NCBI RefSeq assembly: GCF_030144855.1
Contig: NC_082731.1
Span: 23,870,001-23,934,000 of the forward strand
Direction of reading: 5' to 3'
From: Hypanus sabinus
Lineage: Eukaryota
Length of the DNA: 64,000 nt
Shown: one piece after another, positions 38,951 to 53,250 of the stretch
How positions within the stretch are numbered: position 1 is the first letter of the stretch
Layout of the letters: each line of letters begins with the position of its first letter
Translations under genes and position numbers: made by a program
The notes under the pieces: model-generated
Databases searched by the model: none
Seen by the model: the letters and a program-made list of their open reading frames with translations, nothing else
Told to the model about the DNA's origin: nothing

Positions 38951-41731
38951 GCTAAGCAGTTAGGAACCTTGGGAGAGATTCTGTTCGAGACCTAAGACAG
39001 CATCATGTCCAACATGGTGTTCCTCGCTCTCAGAAACCAGGCAAAGGAATATAACGCAAACACGATGAAACAAAGATTGGTCACAACAATGAAGAAAGAG
39101 CAAAATACTTTGAGAAACTGTTGTCCAGTTAAAAGTAAATTGGTGAAATGGCCCACACTTTACTGATTGGAAAATAACACACACGGACATGCTCACTGGC
39201 AGATTATTTGCACTGTGATGATGATGCTATCAGTGTCAGCGGCCAAAATCAATTGTGCCAGCAGATTACTACGCAATGCAAACATGGAAGTGACCTCTAT
39301 GTTGTAAGTGGTCCCATCCGCACGGATCTGGAAGTGCAACATGGAGACAATGAACTGTGAACAACGCGCATCAATGCCATAAAATCGTCTTCAGCACATG
39401 CTTGTATCTGCCAAAGTGAAGATGCCATTTATTCACTGGGTGGGAAACACGTCGGGATACACCTTCCTGTGTTGTCATTGTTGTGTGGTCTGTGATAATG
39501 TATGGGTAGAAACTAATCAGCTGGACAGTGCAGTGTCTTTTGATGCTGGTGTTAACCTTAATGGAACTATCGTTCTACTGGCGAGGAAAAGAATGAACCG
39601 GATATCTTTTTAAAAAAATGTCAAGGTCCGGACTGGGAAGTCCGCTTTTCGGTTACCTGTCCGGCCCAACGATCCTTATTCCGTGATTTCCTGTTTCTCT
39701 GATTCAATTGGGTGCCTTAATTGAGCACGCTGATTCTCTTATTGGGCTAGCTCCATAAATAGCGTTGGGATACAACTCAGGCTGATTGATTGTTCCCTTC
39801 TTTCTCCTTTCCATCTGAAGACTTGCCTGCAGCTTATGTCTGAAGCCTCCCATGCCCAGGAGTGTATCGTTCAACCTAGGAGATATTCATCCATTCCAGG
39901 TGTACCAACCCCATCCTGCTGCTGAAGATTCCTCGTCCTGTGCTGGATCGCCCCATCCAAATACACGGTATTTTACCACGGCAAGTATCCTAGACAGCAT
40001 CCCGGCCCTGCGCCCAAGAAACTCTCCCTGCTCTGCAAAGGAATAGCGGCCCTGCATCTTATTAATGGTCGCGGTCCTGCGCTCCTATTAGGAGTACCAA
40101 CTCCGTACCCAAGAGCCTGACCAAACCGACTCCAAGATCTGAGCTAAATCTGTCTCAAGAGTTTTAAAGTCGTTAATTGAAGAGAGATCAATTAATACGG
40201 TGTAATTATCTTTTAGAAAGTTTGTGTTGCCCTAAATGCATTTATCTAACTTTAATAAATTTCCGCTTTAAATAATTTAGTTGTAACTATTTTCAGTTTA
40301 AAATTAAAGGTTGATAACCACGTTACTGTCTTACAAATGGTAAAATTAATTTTTTATGGTACATCACACCGCGTATGATGACATCACTTCCGGTTTCGCT
40401 GCGTTCTGAGGGTTACTTCCGTTCGGCGAAGAAAAGGAAGGGTCCCGCGAGTGCAGCATGATCGTGAGAAACACGATGTCTACCCACAAATGAAAACTAC
40501 AGAAGCAACGTCGAAAGTTCATATGAAAGTAGACATATTGAAGTAAATATATTAACGCGTTTTGTATTAGAGTAACGGCGGTTGACGAGGTTTATTTTCT
40601 TGTGCCATTGAAAGCATTCCTGAAAAAAATGTGTCACAGTCTAGCAAAAACCGTTGATGGTCAGTACATTGCATAAATGCTTAAGTGATTCTGCATATAT
40701 GCTGTACCGTTGATGAGATTCCTTTTTAATACATTTTGTTATAGATTTTTTTACAAGTATTTACGATGCAAATGCGATGCCCAGAATGAAACAGACACTA
40801 TATATGTTTATTTTATTTTACCAACAGTTTTCACGATACGATGATAAAGTGGACGATTGAGCAGAAAATGGTTAACCTTACTGCCACTCTGACTTCATTG
40901 GCTCTTTTTTAACTTGGTGTTTATTCAGAGTTTCAGAACACTACACGAGAACAGTACGAAGATATTTATTAAATATCCTCATGTACGCTGATTTGCTGCG
41001 AATTGCCGTCAACTTCTTAATTTGTTCTCACTGCAGCACTGCTGAAGACGCAATCTGAAGAGCTACATTCGGAGTTCTTGTATCGATCGACACCCTGTCT
41101 GTTGCACTGTGTTTGTCATTGCGCAGAGATACAAGGCAGAGCCAGAGACAAGCATACCGGCGATGCCTAAATGTAACCTCTTATTTGTTCTCTGAGAAAC
41201 AGCCGAAAAGCGCTTTGAAGCTTGTGCTGACCGTTCTATGGAGCCGCTGCTTTAAATCCTCAGAAAATATCTCGGTTCTTCTCCGGGAAATTGGTTATAC
41301 CAGAAAGCATTGTTAGCATCATAAGCTTCAGGATAAGTGTTAAATTTCGTCCTTCGTCATCCATTACCTCACGTGGATACTGAGACATTACATCAACGCC
41401 AAAGGCTCCTGCAGCACATCAGAAAGACAATTATTCATCTGCTAGTGAAGCAATCCCAAAACCAGCATTGAAACAGAGACTCACCGGGAACAGCCAGGAT
41501 AATTATTACCAACGACAAAAGACACAACATTATTATAGAATTAGTGGCAGAGCGTAAAGTGGAAAAATGCATCATGCTGCTGCTTCCAATGCACAGACCG
41601 TGTTCGTGCATCAGAAGAATGTTATATTTTTCAAGAAAGAAATAGGCGTTTCCGTTGTGTGTGATTGGCTGGTATCTCGGAGCCATTATAATTTGAGGGC
41701 ACCCATGTCATTACGTGCTGACTTATTCTCA

Positions 41732-41899
41732 NNNNNNNNNNNNNNNNNNNNNNNNNNNNNNNNNNNNNNNNNNNNNNNNNNNNNNNNNNNNNNNNNNNNN
41801 NNNNNNNNNNNNNNNNNNNNNNNNNNNNNNNNNNNNNNNNNNNNNNNNNNNNNNNNNNNNNNNNNNNNNNNNNNNNNNNNNNNNNNNNNNNNNNNNNNN
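41732..41899. other. Assembly gap (N run)
   Basis: Ns. Confidence 1.
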
Positions 41900-44519
41900 C
41901 GTCCTGCCCCATTTCTGACTCAGTCTTCCTCCATAGTTTTTTTCCCCCCTATAATTCTGATTTGCTTTGGTCTTTATTATTATTCCTGAGGTATATGGTG
42001 TGTCAGGGATGGGTAGCACCTCTGGTGTGGAACATGTCGTGTCCTTCGCACGCGGATTACAACCTTTGGTCCCTACCTGACACTCAGATCTCACCTGTTG
42101 TTCCCTTAGCTGTTTGCATGTGATAGTGGCCACACCCCGGTGAACGACTTCGACAAGGTGGCAAAACTGGGTGAGGGTAACCCACGGGTCTCAAACCCTC
42201 GTTGAGTAAGTGAGTTGTCTATCCCAGCATGTGAAGTCTGACTGCGGTGGTGTGAGCGGACGAGACCAATGGGATGTCCAACATTCAACCAGACGGTCTC
42301 TGCTAGCGTAGTGGAACGTGTAGAGCAGTACAAGGGACAACATACGTCCTGCTCAACCAATGCGCCTAGTCTCATCTACACTTATCAGGCCCTTTGTCTG
42401 GCCACTGGAATCCAGATGGAAATCGGGATGATGGCGTGAGGCTGACACTGCGCAACCCTCCCTAACGTAAATGCAAATCATGCGCTAGTCTCGACATTGT
42501 CATCATCATAACGCTGTCGAAGTCTTCATCGACGACGACGAAGGACGAACAAAATAATTATTTATATCAACACTCGAAAATTCTGAAGCAACACCGAATT
42601 ATACAGCCATTATAAAGAAAAATAAACATACGAATTTTCGGATCGAGAGTTTTCATCCTGACAGAAAGAAATTGATCAAATGCTAGTATCCGTGGGGATG
42701 AGCAGGATCTGTCTCAGTGATAATAGGATTCCTGTGAAAAGAGAAGGCAGCAGTGCCCTGGAGTCTAATCTTGCAGAAGTCTGGGAGAATCTGAGTGTGG
42801 ACAGAGAGGATGTAAAACAAGAAATCAAATTGGAAAATATAGGTTTCAAGCAATATAAGGAATGACCAGCGAAAAGAGAGTACTGCGGTTGAGAACAGTG
42901 ATCAGGCTGCAGAATGGGAAGTGCAACGCGGAGTAGGAAAGAGACCAGAACAAAAGGGGAAAAAAGGGAAGGTAGAAAACCTGAGCGGTGTGTTTACCAG
43001 AAGCTTAATATAAACAAAGAGAAAGAAAAAACAATTCTTAATTCCGTGAGCTTCGAGTTTTCTGATCAGAATATTGGTTGTTCTTCACAAAATATGCAAC
43101 TAGTTTGCACGTGGAAGCGAAAGAGGCCGCGGATGGAAACACCGTTATTTGGGTCGGAAATGCAGTTGATGCGGTTCCGTACGAGAAGACATTGGATGCC
43201 GCAGTTTGTGCAAAGGGGCTTGAGGAAGTGAGGGCCAATCTAGGTCACGTTTCAGTGACCCTTATAACGCTGCATAAAACTGCGGAATCCCTATTACTAT
43301 AAATGATACCGATGAAATTTCACGTGAAAATTTGCCTCATCCTGTTAGACTGGCAGTAGACCTGAAAGCTGGTAATGGATGATAATTAATGTCCGGTGTA
43401 AAAAGTAACCTGGTTGCAGTGATTAATGGCTAGTGGTTGATGGGGTACGAGCAAAACTGCCGCCGAGAGAGCTTTAGGCGAGTGAAGCTTTTAGAAAACT
43501 GTTAGAATAATGGATTGAACGAATACCTGCTGCTTTTGTGTTTTCACACCACCGTCCGAAAGTGAGCACTTCCTTCCCGAATTATTTCAGGTTATTGTAT
43601 GTTCGACCATTCTATCATTGCATCAGATATAATATCATTCAACAGTTTGATGATCCATATTAGATCCTAACATCTGATATTGTATAGGATCTCGCACACC
43701 CCAAGATGGCCATCTCACACATGGATTCACCCAATACAATGCTCTTCGTTCAAACCAGTCCCTATTCGTCTGGTTTCTTTACCCTTCCGTTCCTGTGCTG
43801 ATGTAATTTCTCGGAACCCGTTCTGTCTAAAGATTTTGTTTATCCTCTCCAGATCATCCAACATTTTAAGTGTTGATTTAACCTGAAACGTTGAGTTTCG
43901 TATCTTAATTGCTGATCTAATACACTACTTTCTATTTTCCATTTTCATTTGAATCAGACAGGACATATTCTATTCACCTTCCAGAAATAAAGAAAATTAA
44001 TACCCTTTTAAAATTAGACAATTCTGAGATTTAAAAGAAAACTATGAAGATACATTTACATCAACACAAATGAGATTCAACAGTACATTCAAGCATTTAC
44101 ATTTTTGATAAAATGTACAAACCCCTAAACTTAAATATCAGCAAAATCCAGAAAAATATAGTAAATAACCAATATAGAAATAAAAGATATCCAACGTCAG
44201 AGAGTAACTCATGGAACATATACCACCATGATCAGGGCGGGAAGGAATAGCAATGCCGTGATATTTAATATTTTGGAATTTCCAACAAACTTGATATAAA
44301 ATTACAGAATTTCTTATCTGTTTTTTGTTACATCATTTAATATATTTGCTCCTTGCTTCCTGCTCGGTGAATTGATTCTGGTTTTTCTAGTGAGAAGAAG
44401 AGAATTTTCAGAATGCATGACAATATAATTGCATTATAGATTGCTGAAAATTAAAACGAAACGGATATGATGTTTAAGTGCGTTATTTGTGAGTTCATCT
44501 GAAGGCTGGAGGAATATAT

Positions 44520-44520
44520 T

Positions 44521-44561
<41 letters not shown>

Positions 44562-44610
44562 CAGTGTGCGTGTGTGTGCATACACACACACCCACTCACA
44601 CACACATACT
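44520..44610. repeat. (TA)n and (TG)/(CA)n microsatellites
   Basis: Directly visible. Confidence 0.95.
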
Positions 44611-45149
44611 TATATAGACAGATATATATTCTGCAAAACTGGGCACTTTCTTCAGGAATTTATGCGAGTTGATAAGTAAAGAGGAACAGCTGAATCGTTT
44701 ATACCTTAATTATGTATATTGTCCAATATTAGCCAGAGCTTTTCTTGCCTATTTTGTTAATTTTCTTTCATTTGTTATTTTAGTGTTCTCATTTTCAGTC
44801 AGCAGATTTGGGTTTCTGTTAACAGGAGCCATTGCACCTCACTATCGTTAATGTTGAACACTATATTGTGTGTTTGTTTTCAAATATTTCATTTAAAATA
44901 TTGTTATAATATACAGTGTTGTTAGCAAAAAATTGTAAATAATTTATATGATGATAAATTAGTATGTAGTTTTTATTGTTGGTCCAGTTTCCAGGTATTC
45001 TCTTAGCATGACGTCAAAAATGAGAATAAATTTGCTGTAACCAGAATTATGGCAATAGTATTCTGCAGAGGAATTACTGTAAGGATGTCGAACAGTTGTT
45101 GAAATAATTTTTTTGTTATGAATCCCTATGGTTCATATTTTCTGTGGAC

Positions 45150-48100
45150 TGGCACTTTAAAATGATTGAGTCGTTATTAAGAGAAAGGGACGAAGAATGC
45201 TCGGAAGATGGATGACTTGGTTTATCGGCAGTTTTTTGCATTTCCACAAGGACACAGCCTGCTTATAAAACTCTTACAGAGAGTGGAGGGGGGAGCAGGT
45301 TGATAGACAGCTGGTGTCCAACATGTGGGGATAAATAACAGGTCCGCTGATACTGACAGACAGACAGACAGACAGACATACTTTATTGATCCAGGGCAAA
45401 ATTGAGGTTCGTTACAGTTGCACCAACTAAGAATGGAAAAGAAATATATCAAAATTTAAAAATAATTAAATAATAACATGAAAATAATGCCAAGTAGAAA
45501 CAAGTCCAGGACCAGCCTATTGGCTCAGAGTGTCTGAAGTCCGAGGGGGGTGTTGTAAAGATTGAGAGCCACAGGCAGGAATAACTTCCTGTGACGCTCT
45601 GTGTTGCATCTCTGTGGAATGATTTTCTGTCTGAATGTACTCCTATGTCTAAACTTTCCATTATGGAGTGGATGGAGATATTGCCCAAGACGGCATGCAA
45701 CTTGGACAGCATCATCTTCTCAGACACTACTGTCAGAGAGTCTTTTTCACCCCCACAACATCTTTGACCGTGCGAATGAATTTGTTGATTCTGTTCGTGC
45801 CTGCTAACTTCAGCCTGCTGCCCCAGCACACAACAGCAAACATGATAGCAGTGGCCACGACAGACTCGTAATAAAACACCCTCAACATCGTCCTGCAGAT
45901 GTTAAATGACCTCAGCTTCCTCAGGAAATAGGGGCGACTTTGACCCTTCTTCTAGACAGCCTCAGTGTTGACTGACCAGTCCAGGTTATTGTCAATTCGA
46001 ATCTCCTGGTACTTGTAATACTCCACCATGTCCACACTGACCCTTTGGATGGGAAGAGGGGTCTCCGGTGCCTTGACCCTCCTCAGGACAACGACCACCT
46101 CTTTAGTCCTTTTCAAATTAAGCAGCAGATGATTCTGCTCACACCAGGCGACAAAATTTCCCACCGTAGCTCTGCACCCAGCCTCATCTCCCTTGCTGAT
46201 GCATCAAGTATGACAGAGTCATCAGAAAACGTCTGAAGATGGCAAGACTCTGTGCAGTAGTTGAAGTCGATGGTGTAGACGGTGAAGAGAAAGGGAGGCA
46301 GGACAGTTCCTTGTGGAGCCCCAGTGCTGCTTGCCACACTGTCTGACGCACAGCGTTGCAACTGCACATACTGTAGTCAACCAGTCAGGTAATTAGTAAT
46401 CTCTGACACCAGCGAAGCATCCACCTGCATCACTGTCTCATCCGAAAAATGGTTTTGGACACTGGACGAGCGTTGTTGCACCCACAGGAAGGTGATGCTT
46501 TTGGAGTATCGATTCGGGGAACTCGATCAGTGGTTCTCGCAGAGTGTAAAGGATTGACGGGTAGGGAATTATTTGTGTGCCCACCCTTGCCTGTGTGATA
46601 AATCGATCACTGAAGAACGGTCGCATATGCTATCGACTCAGTCGGTTACTTCAACAGGATTTCGGAGTACAACGGGGATTTCCTAAGTCAACGGGAAGAT
46701 CGACGGCATCACCTCTCACCTCTCTCTCTCTCTCGATCCAACGCTACTCAGCTAAGTACCTCGAAGTGAACTGAACTCTCTTCACCATCGTAAGACTATA
46801 TACATTTTGCCCTATGTTTGAAAGAGCCGGACTTTGTTCCTTTTTCCACACTTACGTACACATATATATCATTGCTAACCTGTGTAATATATCTGCATTT
46901 ACAGTACTGTACTGCGTAGTTACTAATAAACACTATTAGTTATTAATAATACCAGACTCCAATGTGTTTAACATGTCTGCTGTTTCCTTAGCCCGTCACG
47001 GGGTACATGTCAGAATTGGGGCCAGCGTTCGGGATTTGAACAAATTGCGTGGAGGTTTGTTTGAATTGATTGGAGAAATTCCCTTATTTGATATGGTTGT
47101 GTGGAAAACAAAACAGAGAAATGGATGTTGAGAGTTTTCTGGAAAGACCAGATCCTGCGGGCTTAACGAAAGCTAAAAAGGATGACATGAGGGAAGTTGT
47201 AAAAGCATTGAAACTGTATGACTGTATGGAGTCACTGAACTGTATGACAAAGGTTGAACTCCGAGTGATAATAGTAGAGCAAAATTTTTCTATGAAGCAC
47301 TCTAGTGAGGAGGACTTAGAAATGTTTCCTCTAGTGATCCCGTTGCGAATGGAACAGAAGGGGCTACAGAGACTTAAATTAGTGGGGGAAGAGGCAGCAA
47401 AACAGAGATAAGAAGCAGAAAAAAAAAACACAGAGACAGTTCGAGAGGGAAGTGTGGCAGCGACAAGATCAAGTGCCAGGTCGGAGTAAGGACCTGTTTG
47501 TAATTGAGGAATTTCAGAAGTGTGTTTCCGATTATGTAAGGACATTCCGAGATGAAATGCTCGCCGCTACCTTGTGGGAGTCTGCTGGGTTAGCAGCTGA
47601 GGTTGTTTTAACCCACAAGGTTGAGTTTACTCCGAATGCGATTATCCAAGAGAGCAGCTGAAGCGATCTGGGAAAATTGGAGTTTGAACGTGGTACTGAT
47701 ATTGAAAGCCTTGATGAGGCAGCTGTCCCGTTTGACTATGTTCAGGTTGTTGAATGTCTGTGTATACACAGGTTATTGAACCTTTTCGTGAATCTCAGTT
47801 AAGGTCTGAGGTGCCTGACTTGGTGGAAAGTAATGCAGTCCTTTTGTGCCAAATGGGCTTGGTTCCGTGAGTAAGGGGTTAACGTTGGTCCAGTGGAAAA
47901 TGTGGACTCTCATTCACTTGTGTTAGAAGCTGTTCTAAATGTTAGTGATGAGTTGAAAACTGGTGATATGAATCTAATTGAAGATATTGCGAAATCTAGT
48001 GTTCCTGCACTTTTGAATAAAGTACTTGTGAACACTGAATTGGTTTCAAGACCTTTGAATTTCCTGACAGAAACAGCTATCTCAAATTTTGAGACAGTAC

Positions 48101-49090
48101 ATGCTGATTTGTTGAATTATATTTTGCAATTAACAGATAAGCAACTTGGTGATGTCGTTCAAGTTTGTGATTTGCAGAGGGCATCTGTAGGTGTAATTAT
48201 GGAAACATTTAGAAATAAATATCTTGAAAATAAAATTAATGACTTGTTTGGAAATTTAATGAATGATTTGGAACCTGGGGACGGTAAAGTTCAGATCGAC
48301 CTTGAAAGCCTTCTTCGATCTGATTATGTGATGGATAAATGTTCTATTTCGAAGTGGAAAAGGGACAATGGTTGACCAAACGCCACTTTGAATAACAGGA
48401 TATGGTTTTGCAGGAATTTGACCTTTTTTTTCTAACAAAGCAGGTGAAAGATAAAGACGATATCATGGTATACGCTTCTGTAATGTGCAACATGATAATC
48501 GGGTATGTATTGTTTAATATTCCGTAATGTACCAATAAAAAATGCTCTTTAATCAAAGTTTTGTTTTCTTGGATGGAGGTGAAATGTACCCCTAGAATTC
48601 ATATTTTGTAAAAGCTATCACTTTAAAATGTCGGGAGAAGGAGACTGGCTTTTGGAGACAGTTTGAGTTGCGAAGTATGCTCGGAAGATTGATGTTATGG
48701 TTTATCGGCAGTTTGTTTACATTTTACAATGACAATGCCTGCTTTTAAAACTCTGACAGAGAGAGGAGGACGGAGCAGGTTGATGGACGGTTGGTGTCCA
48801 ACATGTGGGGATAAAAACTAGGACAGCTGATGCACAGAGACACACATGGTTTTGGACACTGAACGATTATTGTTGTACCCACAGGAAGGAGTTTTTTTTT
48901 TCGTAGGTTCAATTCGGAGAAACGATCAGAGGCTCTCGCAGTTTGAAAAGGTCTGACTGAAGTGGATTTATCCTGTGTGTCCCAAACTTGCCTGGGTGAT
49001 AATTCCATAACTGATGAACGGTGGAATGTGTTATGGTCGCAGTTGATGACTTCGACAGGGTTTTGAAGACAAGGGGAAGAGAGACGGNNN
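45150..49090 (+). mobile_element. Internally deleted Gypsy-type LTR element with two LTRs
   Basis: 5' LTR is ~45150-45352 plus ~46430-47012, split by Rex1. 3' LTR is ~48620-49087 and runs into a gap. tRNA-Pro-like PBS tggggccagcgttcgggatttgaac at 47017-47041. Gag remnant IEEFQKCVSDYVRTF...VLTHK. Confidence 0.75.
45352..46430 (-). mobile_element. 5'-truncated Rex1/Babar LINE nested in the LTR
   Basis: GAPQGTVLPPFLFTVYT...FSDDS RT motifs and a (GACA)n tail at ~45352-45380. Confidence 0.85.
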
Positions 49091-49307
49091 NNNNNNNNNN
49101 NNNNNNNNNNNNNNNNNNNNNNNNNNNNNNNNNNNNNNNNNNNNNNNNNNNNNNNNNNNNNNNNNNNNNNNNNNNNNNNNNNNNNNNNNNNNNNNNNNNN
49201 NNNNNNNNNNNNNNNNNNNNNNNNNNNNNNNNNNNNNNNNNNNNNNNNNNNNNNNNNNNNNNNNNNNNNNNNNNNNNNNNNNNNNNNNNNNNNNNNNNNN
49301 NNNNNNN
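49088..49307. other. Assembly gap (N run)
   Basis: Ns. Confidence 1.
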
Positions 49308-51109
49308 CAATCTTCCATCAATTCGTGCAAGTCTAGCCCTTTTTAGGGGCAATACACATTTTATCCATTCTCTGATTCCGAAACCACAAATATATGCTCA
49401 AATTTGAATTATTCCGATTCCTTTGTTACTCTCAGTGTAATTTTATCAAACATATTTTGTTCTTCCACCTGCCCTACTTCAAGAGTTTCCTCTGAATGGC
49501 CTTTCTCACATGATTCATTCCTTTCACGCTTGTCTGTACCCCCGTTAAAAATAGAAAGACTGAAAAAACACCGCCATGACGACGTCCCGAATAATCCACA
49601 CTGTTATGGGTTTTCTTCTTCTTCTTCATCTTATTCTTCGTCTCTGAAAATTTGGAAAGCCGTATTTACACGGCTAAGAAAATTCCTTTACTTTTTATTA
49701 GTTTTAAACAAACATAAATGAAATATGAATACAAAGTGTTTGAGGGTACGTAATTAATAGTTTAAATAGACATTCAGATGTATAATAATTCAAATATATA
49801 ACCTCTCAAACTCAGAACATTAATGAGCAAAGAAGTAAAAAGAGGGAAAAAAGAAAAACCTCCCAAAAAAGGAAAGAGAAAAAAACAAAAAAGTTAAACA
49901 CTAACCAACATGGGCCATTGAATAATATTAAGTACATACAGAGTAGTGACAATAACTCCGAACCTCCATCCAAATAATTAAGGATAATATAAGTAAGGTT
50001 TAGAAAAAAACATTTCAACATGAGAAAATGTTGAATAAAATGTCTCTAAGTTTCTTCAAATTTAACTGAAGGATCAAAAATTACACTTCTATTTTTTTCC
50101 TAAACTCAAACAAGAAATAGTTTGAGAAAACCTCTGAAATACAGTTGGAAGATTAATTTCTTTCCAATTCAATAAAATAGATCTTCTAGCCATTTAATGT
50201 CACAAATGCAATCATTCGTTGTGATGATCCGCTAAGAAATTCCATATGTGCAAGAAAGATGAATGCCGACAGTCCCGAGTGTGGATCACTACGAGGAAAC
50301 ACTGCGAAAAGCTTTGTCTGTCAGTTTCTCCAGATGAACATCTCGCAACCTGTATATTTCAAGCCAGGCATTCGACGTACGTGTTTTGAGAAATTACAAA
50401 TTCCTGGTGCCAATGAACAGAAGAGTTTTGGTTGAAACAGACAGAAATTTTGATTTAATTTGTTTTTCATTATCTGCCATGATTCTATTTACTATCAAGT
50501 GAGATCGAAAGTTTGACCGCAGGAAATAACAGGAAAATGCGTCCTGACCAGAAAGTTGGCAGGTGTTGAGAAAGGTTGGGTTAATAAGCAGTAGCAAATG
50601 CAAATGAAAAATGTATTGTAATTATTTTGCAAGGCTGCCAAATGTTGGAGAACACAGTGGTTAAATTGGTTTAGGCCTGATGAAAAGAGGCCGTTGGATA
50701 CTTTCACTATCATCATGTTCCACTTTTTTTCGTCTTCCAGGCCTAGAACGATCTCAGAATCTTTAGAAACGATCTCAGGTCAGTAAAATGCTAAGCCCCC
50801 AACATATAAAAGATATGGTAAACGTTATTCTCCGGAGCAGCTAGGTACGTAAAAAATGAATTTCAATTGTTTGTCCTTACATATGATGTTAGAGAATCAG
50901 AGTTGTACCTGCACGACTGCCGCCTCCACAATATAACTGAGAACCTGATCGATCTTAGCGGAAAAAAAACAATAGTCCTTGATAAGGTGCAGGAGATATG
51001 ATGTGGCTGGGTAACTGCAATTGAAGGTACAGTCTGGGAAACAATGCTGATTTTTGCTGAGGGCGTTCGAATCAATAACATGTACAGCGTGTTATCCATA
51101 TAATCATAT

Positions 51110-53250
51110 AACAATTACTGCACGGAAACAGGCCATACTCTGCCCTCCTAATCTGTGCAGAACGCTTACTATCACCTAGTCCCACTGGCCCTCACTCAGC
51201 CCATAATCCTCCATTCCTTTCCTGTCCATATTACTATCCAATTTTAATTTAAATGACAATACCGAACCTGCCTCTACCACTTCTACTGGAAGCTCGTTCA
51301 ACACAGCCATCACTCCTGAGTATAGAAATTACCAATCGTGTTACCCTTGAACGTTTGCTCCGCATCTCTCAATTCAAGTCCTCCTGTTTGAATCTTCCCT
51401 TCTCTCAATGGAAAAAGCCTATCCTCGTCAACTTTGGATATCCCGCTTATAATTTTATATGCCTCTAGTGCTGAAACCCAGGTAACTTTCTAGTAAATGT
51501 TCTCTGTACTCAAACTATTTCGTTGACATCTTTCCTACTATTCGTTGACCAGAACTGTACACAATACTCCAAATTCGGCCTTACCAATGCCTTTGTACAT
51601 CCCAACTACTAGACTCAATACTCTGATTTATAAAGGTCAGCATACAAAAACCTTTTTCATAAACCTTAATCATGAGATTCCGCCTTCAAGAAAACTATGC
51701 TCCATTATTCCTCGATCACTCTGGTCTACTGCATTCCTCAATGCCCTACCATTTACCATGTGTGTCCCATTTAGATTATTCCTTCCAAAATGTAGCACCT
51801 CACATTTATCAGCATTAAACTCCATTGGCCATCATTCAGCCCATTCTTGTAACTGACCTAAATCTCTCTGCAAGCTTTGAAAAAATATTTCATTATCCAC
51901 AACGCTACCTACGTTAATATCATCTGACTACTTACTAATTCAAATTACCACCCCTCATCCAGATCATCAATGTATATGACAGAAACTTTGGACATAGTAC
52001 AGATCTCTGAGACACACCACGAGTCACCGGCCTCCAACCTGACAAACAGTTATCCACCACTACTCTCTGGCATCTGCCATTCAACCACTGTTGATTCCAT
52101 TTTACTACTTCAATATTAATAACCAACGATTGAACCTTCCTATCTTACCTTCGGTGTGGAATCTTGTCAAAGGCCTTATTGAACTCCATATAGACTACAA
52201 CCCACTGCTTTCCCCTCGTCAACTTTCCTCGTAACCTCTTCGAAAATTCAATAAGATTTTTCAAACTGATCGTCCACGCACAAATCTATGCTGACTGCTC
52301 CTAATCAGACTCCGTGTATACAGTTAATTATACATACCATCTCTAGGATACATTCCATTGATTTACCCACCACTGACGTCAAACCGATATGCCTCTAATT
52401 GCCAGGTTTACTCTTAGGACACTCTTTAAACAATTAAGTTAGATCAGCAATACGCCTGTCTTCTGCACTATCCCCCGTATCAATTGGCATTTGAAATATT
52501 TCTGTTAGAGCCCTGCAATTTCTACTTTAAATTCCTCAATGTACTAGTGAATAAATATCCTGTCAGGGCCCAGAGAGTTATCCAATTTTATTTTCCTTAA
52601 GAGCTAGAACCCTCTTCCTCTTTAATCGTCATCGTTTCCGTAACTTCCCTACTTGTTTCCTCTAGCTCACACAATTCTATATCCTGCTCCTTAGTGAATA
52701 TCGAAGAAAAAAAATTGTTCCAAATTACCCCCATCTCTTTCGGCTCCACACATAGCTGTCCACTCTGATTCTTTAAGGGACTAATTTTGTCCGTCACTAT
52801 CTTTTTGCTATTAATATAACTGTAGAATCCCGTCGGATTTATTTTAACCTTACCTGCCAAAGCAAACTTGTATCTTCTTTTAGCTTTTCTAAATTAATTT
52901 TAAGATTCTTCTTACAGTCTTTATATTCTCGAGCACCTCATTTATCCCATGCTGCCTATATTTATTCTAGATATCTCCCTTTTTTCCTAACCAAGTTTCT
53001 AATATCCCTTGACAACCATGACTTTCTTCAAAGTTTAAATTTCCTTTCAACTTAACAGGAACATAAAGTTTCTGTACTCACAAAATGTCACCCATAAATG
53101 ACCTCCATTTCTCTATTACATCCTTCCCATAAAACAAATTGTCCCAGTCCACTCCTTCTAAATCCGTTCGCAGCTCCTCAATGTTGGACTTGCTCAAATC
53201 AAATATTTCAACCTTGCATCCAGTCCTATTTTTCTCCATAATATTATTTT
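51110..53250 (-). mobile_element. Degenerate CR1 LINE
   Basis: WLNGRCQRVVVDNCLSGWRPVTRGVSQRSVL and NPTGFYSYINSKK remnants. Confidence 0.88.

Noticed and set aside
16371-50660. Isolated perfect heptamers (e.g. ~8550, 16371, 41105, 50653, 56159)
   Set aside because: No nonamer at 12 or 23 spacing; this many are expected by chance.
50863-51114. ORF with VSQT...ISC...LWRRQ, resembling a V N-terminus
   Set aside because: C-W spacing of 21 aa, and no downstream DxxxYYC or RSS.
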